Source: Vicinamibacteria bacterium (lineage in GTDB: Bacteria > Acidobacteriota > Vicinamibacteria > Marinacidobacterales > Marinacidobacteraceae). From it: 64,000 bases of DNA. Under the pieces are notes generated by a model. The model was not told the origin of the DNA and did not search any database. It saw nothing but the letters and a program-made list of their open reading frames with translations. How positions within the stretch are numbered: the first letter of the stretch is position 1; each line of letters starts with the position of its first letter. A program made the translations under genes and the position numbers. Below, one piece after another: positions 18,494 to 28,303 of this stretch. The stretch covers positions 192,001 through 256,000 of the forward strand of contig OZ241322.1 in assembly GCA_965199715.1 (NCBI GenBank), given 5' to 3'.

Positions 18494-20149
18494 ATGAGCG
18501 GGAACGGGTCTCCGGGGGAGATGGACCGGGCCCTCGTGCGCCGCGCCGGAGCGTCCACGCTGGGGGTCGTCGTCTCGCGGTTCACCGGCCTTTTCCGGGA
18601 GCAGGTTCTGGCCTCGCTCTTCCCGACGCGGGTCCTCGACGCCTTCGTCGCGGCGTTCCGGCTGCCGAACGCGCTGCGCGAGATGCTCGCCGAGGGCGCG
18701 CTCTCGAAGGCGTTCCTGACGGTCTTCGCGCAATTGGAGGAGCGCGGCGGGCGGAAGGAGGCCGACCGGCTCCTCGCGCTCACGCTGCGGACGCTCGTCC
18801 CGGTCGTGACGCTCGTCGTCGCCCTGGGAATCGTCTTCGCGCCGCAGCTCGTCGCGCTCGTCTTCCGGGGAGGCGCGATGTCGGCGCCGCCGCCGGGACC
18901 GTTCGCCGGGGGCTTCGCCACGATGGGCGATCTCGCCGTCTGGCTGACGCGGATGATGTTCCCGTTCCTGTTCTTCATCTCGCTCGCCGCGCTGTACACC
19001 GGCGGGCTGCAGGCGCGGCGCCGGTTCTTCCTTCCCGCCGTGGCGTCGGCGTTCTTCAACCTCGCGACGATCGCCGGGGCGCTTCTCGGCGCGTATCTCG
19101 GGCCGCATCTGGGCCTGCATCCCATGGCGGGGCTGGCGCTTGGGATTCCGCTCGGCGGACTCGTCCAGTTGGGGGCGCAGTGGCGGACGTACCGGCGTTC
19201 GGCGGTCCGCGTCCGGCTTTCGGGGATCCGGGAGTTCGACGATCCGGGCCTCAAGAAGGTGGGGAGGCTCTTCCTGCCGGTGGCGCTGTCTTCGGGCAGC
19301 CTCCAGATCCACGTGCTCATCTCCAGCTACTTCCAGTCGATGGGAACCTCGTGGCTCACCTGGACCTACCAGGGCTACCGGATCGCGCAGTTCCCGTCGG
19401 CGCTCGTCGGGGTGGCGCTCTCGCACGCCGGCCTGCCCGAGCTCAGCCGCGCGGCGGCGCGGGGCGACCGGGACCGGTTCCTCGCGATCCTGGTCCGCTC
19501 GGGACGGCTGCTCATGATCCTGGGTCTCGCGAGCGCCGCCGGGCTCGCCGCGATCGCCGAGCCGCTCGTCGCCGCGATCTACGAGCACGGCGTCTTCCGC
19601 ACGGAGGACACCCAGGCGGTGGCCACGGTCATCCGGGTCTATGCGCTGGGGCTGCCGGCGTTCGGCGCGGTCAAGATCCTCACCGACGGCTTCTTCGCGC
19701 TGGGGACGACCCGCCCGCCGCTCATGGTCACGCTGGGCGGGATCGGCGTCCTGTGGCTCGTGACCGACTTCGCGGTGGAGGGGCTGGGCTACGCCGGGAT
19801 TCCGCTGGGGACCGCGGCAGTCGCCTGGGCCTCGGCGGGGGCGCTCTTCGGGCTGCTCGCCGGGCGGCTCGGCCGGGACGGCGCGAACCGGCCCCGCTCC
19901 CGCGCGCTCGCGTCCGCCGTCGCCGACGCGGCGCTGCGGGGCCTCGTCACGGCCGGGCTCGCCGGGGTCCCGGCGTGGCTCGTCGCGTCGAACGTGGAGA
20001 CGGGCGGCGCGCTCCTCGCCGAGGTCGCAGTCACCGGAGTCGCGACGCTCGCCGGGTTGGCCGGGTTCGCGCTCGGGGCGCGGCGGCTCGTTCCGGTCGA
20101 GTACGCGCTGCTTCGGGACGCGCTCGGGCGCTTCGTCCGGCGGCGATGA
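18494..20149 (+). CDS. murJ: Lipid II flippase MurJ (MviN)
   Basis: SRFTGLFRE, DAFVAAFRLPNALREMLAEGALSKAF; multiple TM segments. Confidence 0.93.
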   Translation: MSGNGSPGEMDRALVRRAGASTLGVVVSRFTGLFREQVLASLFPTRVLDAFVAAFRLPNALREMLAEGALSKAFLTVFAQLEERGGRKEADRLLALTLRTLVPVVTLVVALGIVFAPQLVALVFRGGAMSAPPPGPFAGGFATMGDLAVWLTRMMFPFLFFISLAALYTGGLQARRRFFLPAVASAFFNLATIAGALLGAYLGPHLGLHPMAGLALGIPLGGLVQLGAQWRTYRRSAVRVRLSGIREFDDPGLKKVGRLFLPVALSSGSLQIHVLISSYFQSMGTSWLTWTYQGYRIAQFPSALVGVALSHAGLPELSRAAARGDRDRFLAILVRSGRLLMILGLASAAGLAAIAEPLVAAIYEHGVFRTEDTQAVATVIRVYALGLPAFGAVKILTDGFFALGTTRPPLMVTLGGIGVLWLVTDFAVEGLGYAGIPLGTAAVAWASAGALFGLLAGRLGRDGANRPRSRALASAVADAALRGLVTAGLAGVPAWLVASNVETGGALLAEVAVTGVATLAGLAGFALGARRLVPVEYALLRDALGRFVRRR

Positions 20150-21051
20150 CGGCGGACGATCCGGTCGCTCGCTACCTCGCCTGGCTGGAGGCGGAGCGGG
20201 GGCTCGCCGCCAACACGATCGCGGCGTACCGGCGCGATCTCGCGGCGCTCGCCGAATACGCCGGGGGGCGGGACCTCGCCGGGCTCGACCCGCGCGACGT
20301 GGACGCCTTCGTCACCGGGCTGCGGCGGCGGAGCCTTTCGTTCCGCTCGATCCAGCGGGTCATGGCGGCGGTGCGCGGCTTCTACCGGTTTCTCGTCGCG
20401 GAAGGCGAGATCGCGAAGAACCCGGCGGAGAAGCTCGTGCGCATCCGGGCGGTGCGGCCGCTGCCCCGGCTGCTCGGGGCCGCCGAGGTCGAAAGCCTGC
20501 TCGCGGCGCCCGACGGCTCGCCCAGAGGCCTGCGCAACGGGGCGATGCTGGAGACGCTGTACGCGACCGGGATCCGCATCTCGGAGCTGCTGCGGATCCG
20601 CATCGCCGACGTGGTCGCCCGAAGCACCGACATGCCGGCCTACGTCACGGTCGTGGGGAAGGGGGACCGAGAGCGCATCGTCCCGGTGGGGGAGGTCGCC
20701 GAGGACCGGATCGCGACGTGGCTCGCCGACGGCCGTCCGGCGCTGATGGGCGACCGGCCCGAGACCGGATGGCTCTTCACGGGACGGGCCGGGCGCCCGC
20801 TCACCCGCCAGGCGTTCTGGCGCATCCTTCGGGAACTCGGCGCCGGGGCCGGGATCGCGCGTCCGCTCTCGCCGCACATGCTGCGGCACTCGTTCGCGAC
20901 GCACCTGCTCGAGCGCGGCGCCGACCTGCGCAGCTTGCAGCAGCTTCTCGGGCACGCCTCGATCAGCACCACCCAGATCTACACCCACGTGAGCGAGGAG
21001 CGCTTGCGCCTGGTGTACGACGAGCACCACCCCAGGGCCCGAAGAAAGTGA
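20146..21051 (+). CDS. xerD: Site-specific tyrosine recombinase XerD
   Basis: ERGLAANTIAAYRRDL, LYATGIRISEL, GKGDRER, SPHMLRHSFATHLL, LGHASISTTQIYTHV. Confidence 0.9.
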   Translation: MTADDPVARYLAWLEAERGLAANTIAAYRRDLAALAEYAGGRDLAGLDPRDVDAFVTGLRRRSLSFRSIQRVMAAVRGFYRFLVAEGEIAKNPAEKLVRIRAVRPLPRLLGAAEVESLLAAPDGSPRGLRNGAMLETLYATGIRISELLRIRIADVVARSTDMPAYVTVVGKGDRERIVPVGEVAEDRIATWLADGRPALMGDRPETGWLFTGRAGRPLTRQAFWRILRELGAGAGIARPLSPHMLRHSFATHLLERGADLRSLQQLLGHASISTTQIYTHVSEERLRLVYDEHHPRARRK

Positions 21052-21578
21052 CTCCGGCCGAGATCGCGGCCCTGCTTCGCCGGGGCGGGATCGCGATCTA
21101 CCCCACCGAGACCTTCTACGCGCTCGGGGCCGACCCGCGCTCGCCCGAGGGCGTCGCCGCCGTCTTCCGGGCGAAGGGCCGCCCGCCCGACCGGGCGCTT
21201 CCGTGGATCGCGGCGGACCGGGAGCAGGTCGCTTCGGTCGCGGTGCTGACCCCCGTCGCCGAGAAGCTCGCGCGGCGGTGGCCCGGGCCGCTCACGTTGG
21301 TGCTCGACCGTCGCGACGGCGCGGGCACGGTCGCGATCCGGGTGAGCGCCCATCCCCTCGCCCGCGCCGTCGCGCGCGAGCTCGGCCATCCGGTGATCTC
21401 GACCAGCGCGAACCGCAGCGGCGCGCCCCCCGCCGTCACCGCCGCCGCCGCGGCGCTTCCCGGAGTGCCGGCGCTCGACGGAGGGACGACCCCCGGCGGC
21501 GCGCCGTCGGCGATCGTGGACGCGACCGGGCCGGTCCCGGTGGCGCTGCGCGGACGGATTCCCGACTCAGGCGGGTAG
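21048..21578 (+). CDS. tsaC: L-threonylcarbamoyladenylate synthase (TsaC/YrdC)
   Basis: YPTETFYAL, KGR, WPGPLT, STSANRSG. Confidence 0.92.
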   Translation: MTPAEIAALLRRGGIAIYPTETFYALGADPRSPEGVAAVFRAKGRPPDRALPWIAADREQVASVAVLTPVAEKLARRWPGPLTLVLDRRDGAGTVAIRVSAHPLARAVARELGHPVISTSANRSGAPPAVTAAAAALPGVPALDGGTTPGGAPSAIVDATGPVPVALRGRIPDSGG

Positions 21579-24032
21579 CTGGTCGGGCGGCGGCGCTTCG
21601 GGAACCGGCGGCGGCAGCCGCAGATCCGGGAAGATCACGTCGAGCGCCTCCTCCAGCGTCGAGACGAAGTGGATCCGCAGCGCTTCCCGGATCTCGTCGG
21701 GCATGTCCTCGATCACGCTCGGCTCGTTCAGCCGGGGGAGGATGACCTCCCGGATGCCGTAGCGGTGGGCGGCGAGGAGCTTCTCCTTGATCCCCCCGAC
21801 CGGGAGCACGTGGCCGGTGAGGGTGATCTCGCCGGTCATGGCGAGGTCGGAGGGGCACACGGTTGCGGTCAGCGTCGAGATGAGCGCCGCCGTCAGCGTG
21901 ATGCCCGCGGACGGGCCGTCCTTGCGGGTCGCCCCCTCGGGGACGTGGAAGTGGAAGTCGGTCCGCCGGTGGAAGTCGCTCGGGATGCCGTAGGACTCGG
22001 CGTTGCGCCGCACCCAACTGAACGCGGTCGTGGCCGACTCCTTCATCACGTCGCCGAGCTTCCCGGTCAGGGTGAGGCGGTTGTTGCCGCGCATCTGCGA
22101 GGCCTCGGCGAAGAGGATGTCCCCGCCGACGGGAGTCCAGGCGAGCCCGATCGCGACGCCCGGCACACTGACGCGCTCGGCGAGCTCGCGCGAGAGCGAG
22201 GACGGGGCCCCGAGGAGCTCGCGGACCGCCTCGGGCGTGAGCGCGAGCGGCTGCTCCTCGCCCTCGGCCAGCTTGCGGACCGCCTTGCGGCAGATCTTGG
22301 CGATGGCGCGTTCGAGGTTGCGGAGGCCGGCTTCCCGGGTGTAGTCGCGGATGATGAACGCGAGGGAGTCCCGGTCGAACACGGGGGCCACCTTCTCGTC
22401 CTCGACGCCGTGGTTCTCGAGCTGCTTCGGGAGGATGTGCCGGATCGCGATCTGGACCTTCTCCTCCTCGGTGTACCCCTCGAGCCGCAGGATCTCCATG
22501 CGGTCCTTGAGCGCCGCCGGGATCGGGTCGGACATGTTGGCGGTCCCGATGAACAGCACTTCCGACAGGTCGAACGGCAGGTCGAGGTAGTGGTCGCGGA
22601 AGGAGTCGTTCTGCTCGGGGTCGAGCACCTCCAGCAGCGCCGAGCTCGGGTCGCCCCGGAAGTCCATGCCGAGCTTGTCCACCTCGTCCAGCATGAAGAC
22701 CGGGTTCCTCGAACCCACCCGGGCGAGGCTCTGGAGGATCTGCCCGGGGAGCGCGCCGATGTAGGTGCGCCGGTGGCCCCGGATCTCGGCCTCGTCGCGG
22801 ATGCCGCCGAGGCTGAGCCGGACGAACTTGCGCCCGACCGCCTTGGCGATCGACTTGCCGAGACTGGTCTTGCCGACGCCGGGAGGCCCGACAAAGCACA
22901 GGATCGGGCCCTTCTGGTCGGGCTTGCGCTCGCGCACCGCGAGGAACTCGAGGATCCGGTCCTTGATCTTCTCGAGGTCGTAGTGATCCGCCTCGAGGAT
23001 TTCGCGGGCGCGGGGGACGTCGTACTTGTCCTCGGTGCGCTCCTTCCACGGCATCCGGACGAGCCAGTCGAGGTAGGTGCGCCCGACGGTGTACTCGGCG
23101 GAAGCGGGCGGGATGCGGCCCAGCCGGCGGAACTCCCGAAGCGCCTCCTTCTCGGCCTCTTCGGGCATCCCCGCCTTGGTGATCTTCTCGCGGAGCTCGT
23201 CCAGTTCCTTCGTGGAGTCGTCGCCCTCGCCGAGCTCCTTCTGGATCGCCTTCAACTGCTCGCGCAGGAAGAACTCGCGCTGGGTGCGCCCGACCTCGGT
23301 CTTGACCTTGGACTCGATGCTGCGGCCCAGCTCGCGCACCTGCTTCTCGCGCAGGATGGCGGCGTAGGCGAGGTCGAGCCGCTCCTTGATGGCGAGCGTC
23401 TCGAGGACTTCCTGGCGCTTTTCGGTCCCGAGGCTGGGAAGCTGCTCGGCCACGAAGTCGGCGAGCTGGCCCGCGGCCCCGATCCGGGCCAACTGGCGCT
23501 TCATCACGTCGCCGGGGCGGGTGAAGAGCTCGCTCTTGATCATCTCCTGCAGCTCGGAACGGATCTGGCGCGTGAGCGCCTCGAACTCGACCGTCTGCTC
23601 GGCGCCGGCGGCGCCGTCCAGCTCGCGGATGTCGGCGCGGACGTAGGGCTCGACCTGGACGATCCGCTCCACCCGGAAGCGGAAGCTGCCCCGGATGACG
23701 ATCCGGATGGTGCCGTCGCGCATCCGCATCTGCTTCTCGAGGCGGGCGGCGGTCCCGACGCCGTAGAGGTCGTCCTTGCCGGGGTCGTCGACGGCGGCGT
23801 CGCGCTGGGTGAGCACGGCCAGCATCACCTGCGAGCCGGCGCGGTTCGGGGCGTCGGCCTCCTGGGTGGCGTCGGCGAGAAGCTGCTTGGTGCTCTTGCG
23901 GCCTACCGACAGCGGCAGGAACGAATGGGGGAAGACGACGATGTCCCGCAGCGGGAGCACTGGGACGCCGCGGAAGAGCCGGCCCTCGACGTCGGGATCG
24001 ACGAGTCGGGGAGGTTGGGGAGAGTCAGTCAT
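21567..24032 (-). CDS. lon: ATP-dependent Lon protease
   Basis: LPLRDIVVFP, GPPGVGKT, RGHRRTYIGA, KDGPSAG (catalytic Ser), VGGIKEK (catalytic Lys). Confidence 0.97.
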   Translation of the reverse strand: MTDSPQPPRLVDPDVEGRLFRGVPVLPLRDIVVFPHSFLPLSVGRKSTKQLLADATQEADAPNRAGSQVMLAVLTQRDAAVDDPGKDDLYGVGTAARLEKQMRMRDGTIRIVIRGSFRFRVERIVQVEPYVRADIRELDGAAGAEQTVEFEALTRQIRSELQEMIKSELFTRPGDVMKRQLARIGAAGQLADFVAEQLPSLGTEKRQEVLETLAIKERLDLAYAAILREKQVRELGRSIESKVKTEVGRTQREFFLREQLKAIQKELGEGDDSTKELDELREKITKAGMPEEAEKEALREFRRLGRIPPASAEYTVGRTYLDWLVRMPWKERTEDKYDVPRAREILEADHYDLEKIKDRILEFLAVRERKPDQKGPILCFVGPPGVGKTSLGKSIAKAVGRKFVRLSLGGIRDEAEIRGHRRTYIGALPGQILQSLARVGSRNPVFMLDEVDKLGMDFRGDPSSALLEVLDPEQNDSFRDHYLDLPFDLSEVLFIGTANMSDPIPAALKDRMEILRLEGYTEEEKVQIAIRHILPKQLENHGVEDEKVAPVFDRDSLAFIIRDYTREAGLRNLERAIAKICRKAVRKLAEGEEQPLALTPEAVRELLGAPSSLSRELAERVSVPGVAIGLAWTPVGGDILFAEASQMRGNNRLTLTGKLGDVMKESATTAFSWVRRNAESYGIPSDFHRRTDFHFHVPEGATRKDGPSAGITLTAALISTLTATVCPSDLAMTGEITLTGHVLPVGGIKEKLLAAHRYGIREVILPRLNEPSVIEDMPDEIREALRIHFVSTLEEALDVIFPDLRLPPPVPEAPPPDQLPA

Positions 24033-24108
24033 GGGACAGGGGGAAGACCATCGATCAGCACTCTAGCACCGGAAAACGGGGCGCCGGGAGAACCTGAGCC
24101 GGGCCGAC

Positions 24109-24561
24109 TCAACCGAAGCTGACCTCGTCCGGGAGCTCGTTCACGTCGTCCGCCTGGATCGGGAAATGCTCGGCCAGGAATTCGCCAATCCGGCGCACGC
24201 CGTACTCGAGACCCTTGCCCACTCCCGACTCGTGGATCTCGTCGGTGATGCCCTTCGCGATCTCGTTCCACGCGCCGGCGCCGATCTTCTCGTCCACGAT
24301 CGGGTCGGCCACGATCTCGAACCGCCGGGAGCGCACCGCTAGGAACAGCAGCACGCCGGCGCCGTCCTCGGTGTGCTGCATGCCGAGAGCGTCGAAGTCG
24401 CGCAGCGCGCGCTTGCGGGCGTTCTCGAAGGGCAGGAGCCGGCGGATCACGTGGACCCGCAGCTCGCGCGACGTGGCCCTTTCGGCTTCGCCGATCGCGG
24501 CCGCGATCCGGTCCAGGTCGCCCTCGGAGAGATCGCGCCGTAGCGACCGGGGAACGCGCAT
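24109..24561 (-). CDS. TPM domain protein (DUF477, short type)
   Basis: AIGEAERATSRELRV, GVLLFL, D-NELPDEV. Confidence 0.85.
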   Translation of the reverse strand: MRVPRSLRRDLSEGDLDRIAAAIGEAERATSRELRVHVIRRLLPFENARKRALRDFDALGMQHTEDGAGVLLFLAVRSRRFEIVADPIVDEKIGAGAWNEIAKGITDEIHESGVGKGLEYGVRRIGEFLAEHFPIQADDVNELPDEVSFG

Positions 24562-25415
24562 CACCAGCTCCCGCTCGCGCCGCCGCCGCCGAAGCCGCCG
24601 CCCCCGCCGCCGAATCCGCCGCCGAAGCCGCTCCCGAATCCGCTGCGGCCCATCATCACCGGCCCGCCGTAGCCCCACGAGGATCCGGTCCGGGACGCGG
24701 CCGCGCGGGTCATTCCGGTCGCGGCGAGCCCGGCGAGGAAGCCCACCGGCACGAAGAAGAGCAGCGCGAGCGGTCCGGCGAGGAGGAGGCCGAGGAGCAG
24801 CGCCGCCCCGCCGCCCGCGGCTCCGGCCACCCACGGGCGGGCCGCGTTGCCGATCCAGCCGAGCACCTGCGCCCCGACCAGCAGGAGGAGCATCCAAAGC
24901 CCGCCGACGCCGCGCCGGCGGCGCTCGGGGCGGGGCGCGGGAGCTTCGAACTCGCCGATGGCGGTCGCGGCGATCCGCAGCGCGGTCCGCTCGAAGCCGA
25001 GCGCGTACTCCCCGGCCTGGAACGCGGGGGAGAGCTCGTCGCGCAGGATCCGTCCAGCGACTCCGTCGGGGAGCATGGGCTCGAGGCCGTAGCCGACCTC
25101 GAGCCGACTCCGCCGATCCTCGATCGAGACCACGACGAGCGCGCCATTGTCGGTCTCGGCCCGGCCGATCCCCCACGCCTCGGCGACCCGGATCGAGAAG
25201 TCCTCGATCGGGGTCTCGAGCCGCGGGACGGTCAGCACCGCGATCTGGACCGAGGTCTCGGCCTCGATCCGCGCCAGCGCCGAGTCCAGCCGCGCCGTCT
25301 CCTCGGGAGTCAGGATTCCAGCCTGATCGACGACCCGCCCGGTGAGCGGCGGAACCTCCTGCGCGAACGCGCCGCCGACTACGAGCAGCGCGACGAGCGC
25401 CGCGCGGAGGCGCAT
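24561..25415 (-). CDS. TPM domain membrane protein (YgcG-like) with Gly-rich tail
   Basis: VVDQAGIL, DNGAL, RLEVGYGLE and C-terminal GGGFGGGGASGSW. Confidence 0.9.
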   Translation of the reverse strand: MRLRAALVALLVVGGAFAQEVPPLTGRVVDQAGILTPEETARLDSALARIEAETSVQIAVLTVPRLETPIEDFSIRVAEAWGIGRAETDNGALVVVSIEDRRSRLEVGYGLEPMLPDGVAGRILRDELSPAFQAGEYALGFERTALRIAATAIGEFEAPAPRPERRRRGVGGLWMLLLLVGAQVLGWIGNAARPWVAGAAGGGAALLLGLLLAGPLALLFFVPVGFLAGLAATGMTRAAASRTGSSWGYGGPVMMGRSGFGSGFGGGFGGGGGGFGGGGASGSW

Positions 25416-25416
25416 G

Positions 25417-26043
25417 TCAGGCGGACGGGTCGCTGAAGTCCACGGTCGGAGCGGTCTCCGCCCCTTCGTCCGCCTCGAAGTAGGCGGCCTCGCCGAAGTC
25501 GTAGAAGCCCGCCACGATGCGGGTGAAGAAGCCGCGTCGCAGCACGTTGTACGCCTGCGCCGCTTCGTTGAATCGGCGCCGCTCGACAGCGATCCGGTTC
25601 TCGGTGCCGGCGAGCTCGTCCTGGAGGCTCAGGAAGTTCTGGTTCGCCTGGATCGTGGGATACCGCTCCACGGTGACCATGAGCCGGGAGAGCGCCCCCG
25701 AGAGCGCGCCCTGCGCGGCCTGGAAGCGGGCGAGCGCCTGCGGGTCGCCGAGGTCGTCCGCCGAGACCTGGATTCCGGTGGCGCGGGAGCGGGCGTCGAT
25801 GACCGCCTCGAGGGTCTCCCGCTCGAAGTCGGCGGCCCCCTCGACGGTGGCGACGAGGTTGGGTACGAGGTCGGAGCGCCGCTGATAGACGTTTTCGACC
25901 TGCGACCACCCGGCCTTGACCCCCTCGTCGGCGACGACGAGGCCGTTGTAGGTCGAGGTGAAGGCGAAGAACAGGACGAGGCCGAAGACGGCGGCGGCCG
26001 CGAGCGCGGCGCCGCAGCCGACGAGGATGAGTTTGCGCTTCAT
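25417..26043 (-). CDS. lemA: LemA family protein
   Basis: WSQVENVYQRRSDLVPNLV, ERYP, ENRIAVERRRFN. Confidence 0.93.
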   Translation of the reverse strand: MKRKLILVGCGAALAAAAVFGLVLFFAFTSTYNGLVVADEGVKAGWSQVENVYQRRSDLVPNLVATVEGAADFERETLEAVIDARSRATGIQVSADDLGDPQALARFQAAQGALSGALSRLMVTVERYPTIQANQNFLSLQDELAGTENRIAVERRRFNEAAQAYNVLRRGFFTRIVAGFYDFGEAAYFEADEGAETAPTVDFSDPSA

Positions 26044-26044
26044 G

Positions 26045-28303
26045 TCAGTGGTCGTTGTTTCCGGTGGGTTCGGTTCCGGGGAGGAACGCCTCCACGATCG
26101 TGTTCGGGCCGTCGGCGGCCGGGCGGCCGGTGTCGAAGTCCACCCGCACCAGGGGGAGTCCCGGCGGGGCGCGGAAAGCCTCCCACTGGACTGCGCCGGT
26201 TTCGGCCTCGGTCATGAATTGACGCCAGGCCGGAAGCGCCACCGAGGCGCCGCTCTGCGAGCGCCCGAGCGTCTCGTTCTGGTCGTTGCCCACCCAGACG
26301 CCGGCGGCGACACGGGTGTCGAAGCCGATGAACCAGGCGTCGGTGAAGTCGTTCGTGGTGCCGGTCTTGCCGGCGATGGGGCGGCCCACCGAGCGGGCGG
26401 AACGGGCGGTCCCCCGCGCCACCACGCCCTGGAGCAGGTGGGTGACCACGTAGGCCACGTCGGGGCTGACGACCGAAGCCGTCTCCGGGTGGAAGCGCTC
26501 CAGCTCGCGCCCGTCCCGGTCGGTGACCCGGGTGATGAAGTGCGGCTCCATGCGCACGCCCTGGTTCGGGAAGGTGCTGTAGGCGGAGACCATCTCCAGC
26601 AGCGTGACGTCGGCGGACCCGAGCGTGATCGACAGCACCGGGAGCATGTCGCTCTGGACGCCGAGCCGCCGGGCGAAGTTCACGACGTTCTCGGGGCCGA
26701 GGTCGTGCACCATGCGCACCGCGGGGATGTTGCGCGAGCCCTCGAACGCCTGGCGCAGCGTGATCCAGCCGCGGTGCTCCTCGTCGTAGTTGTTCGGCTC
26801 GTAGGGGATTCCGGTGATCGGGTCGGTCCACGAGAACGGCGCGTCCAGCAGCAGCGAGGTCGGCGCGAAGCGGCCCGACTCGAGCGCGGCCCCATAGGCG
26901 AAGGGCTTGAACGAGGAGCCGGCCTGCCGCCGGGCCTGGGTGACCCGGTTGAACTCGCTCTCGTCGAAGTCGAAGCCGCCGACCATGGCCCGCATCGCGC
27001 CGGTCTGGACGTCGAGCGCGACGAAGGCCCCTTCGGTGCGGGGCCGCTGCTCCAGCCCGACCACGAGTTCGTTCCCGTCGTCGGACAGGACGCGGAAGCG
27101 CCCCACGTCGCCGCGCCGGAAGAGCCGGTCGGCGGTCCGGCGCGTCCACGCGAGCGAATCGGGGTCCACGCGGGCGGTCCTCGGGCCGATCCGGATCCGG
27201 GGGTCGCCGCCGGCCTCGACCACGATTCCGCCAAGGATCTCGCCGATCTCGGGCTCGCCGCTCCACGAGGAGTCGCGGTACTCGTCGAAGTCGGTCCCGT
27301 CGTCGGCGAGGTTCCGCTCGAACCCGCGGAACCCGCGGCGCTTGTCGTGCGCCCGCAGCGCCGAGTCCACGCTGCGGTTCGCGACTTCCTGCATGGGGGA
27401 GTCGAGCGTGGTGTGCACCCGGAGCCCGCCCTCGTAGGTCTGCTGGCTACCGTACTGGCTCGCGAGGTGGCGGCGGACCATCTCGAGGAAGTGCGGCGCG
27501 AGCGGGTTCGTGTCGCGGGGGCGGAGCCGGACCGGCTCGACCCGGGCCGCCGCGGCCTCGTCGTCCGTGATGTGGCCCTCGGCGAGCATCCGGGTCACCA
27601 CGATGTCGCGGCGGGCGACCGCGGCCTCGATGCTTCGGTAGGGGGAGAAGCGCGAGGGGTTCGGGGCGAGGCCGACCAGCATCGCCGCCTCGCCGATGGT
27701 GAGATCGGGAGTCGTCTTGTCGAAGTAGTAGTCCGCCGCCGCCGCGACGCCGTGGTTGCCGTGCCCGAGGAAGACCTGGTTCGCGTAGAAGGTGAGGATC
27801 TCCTCCTTGCGGTAGGCGCGCTCGATCCGGATGGCGGTGAGCGCCTCCTTGATCTTGCGCTCGAGCGTCTCGTCCCGGTTCAGGAACAACTGGCGGGCGA
27901 CCTGCTGGGTGATCGTGCTGGCGCCGGACACGATGCGCCGGGCGCGGGCGTTGTCCCACGCGGCGCGGGCGATGCCGGCCACGTCGAACCCGAAGTGGGT
28001 CCAGAAGCGCTGGTCCTCCGCCGCGACGAAGGCGTCCCGCAGATGCTGGGGCAGGGTGTCGAACTCCACCTCGATCCGCCGCTCGACCGCGAACTGGCCG
28101 ATCTCGACCCCGTGGCGGTCGTAGATGATGCTGGTGGCGCTGGACTCGTGGGCCTCGAGCTGCTCGATGAGCGGGATGTCGCTCTGGTAGGCGAACAGCA
28201 GCCCGACGACGGCGCCGGCGATCCCCGCTCCGAGGAACAGGAAGGCGACGATGATGCGCCCGGCCGCCTGTCGGCGCCGGAGCGCGGCGGTCCTCCGTTT
28301 CAC
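26045..28303 (-). CDS. Class A penicillin-binding protein (PBP1A family)
   Basis: GT51 motifs EDQRF, GASTITQQ and RKIKE; transpeptidase SxxK (GSSFK), SxN (SRN) and KTG. Confidence 0.93.
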   Translation of the reverse strand: MKRRTAALRRRQAAGRIIVAFLFLGAGIAGAVVGLLFAYQSDIPLIEQLEAHESSATSIIYDRHGVEIGQFAVERRIEVEFDTLPQHLRDAFVAAEDQRFWTHFGFDVAGIARAAWDNARARRIVSGASTITQQVARQLFLNRDETLERKIKEALTAIRIERAYRKEEILTFYANQVFLGHGNHGVAAAADYYFDKTTPDLTIGEAAMLVGLAPNPSRFSPYRSIEAAVARRDIVVTRMLAEGHITDDEAAAARVEPVRLRPRDTNPLAPHFLEMVRRHLASQYGSQQTYEGGLRVHTTLDSPMQEVANRSVDSALRAHDKRRGFRGFERNLADDGTDFDEYRDSSWSGEPEIGEILGGIVVEAGGDPRIRIGPRTARVDPDSLAWTRRTADRLFRRGDVGRFRVLSDDGNELVVGLEQRPRTEGAFVALDVQTGAMRAMVGGFDFDESEFNRVTQARRQAGSSFKPFAYGAALESGRFAPTSLLLDAPFSWTDPITGIPYEPNNYDEEHRGWITLRQAFEGSRNIPAVRMVHDLGPENVVNFARRLGVQSDMLPVLSITLGSADVTLLEMVSAYSTFPNQGVRMEPHFITRVTDRDGRELERFHPETASVVSPDVAYVVTHLLQGVVARGTARSARSVGRPIAGKTGTTNDFTDAWFIGFDTRVAAGVWVGNDQNETLGRSQSGASVALPAWRQFMTEAETGAVQWEAFRAPPGLPLVRVDFDTGRPAADGPNTIVEAFLPGTEPTGNNDH

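Noticed and set aside
20146-21051. Tyrosine recombinase as a prophage or island integrase
   Set aside because: It has XerD-type sequence, is coupled between murJ and tsaC, and has no att sites or phage genes nearby.
24570-24650. (GGC)n-like repeat tract
   Set aside because: It encodes the normal Gly-rich tail of the TPM protein.
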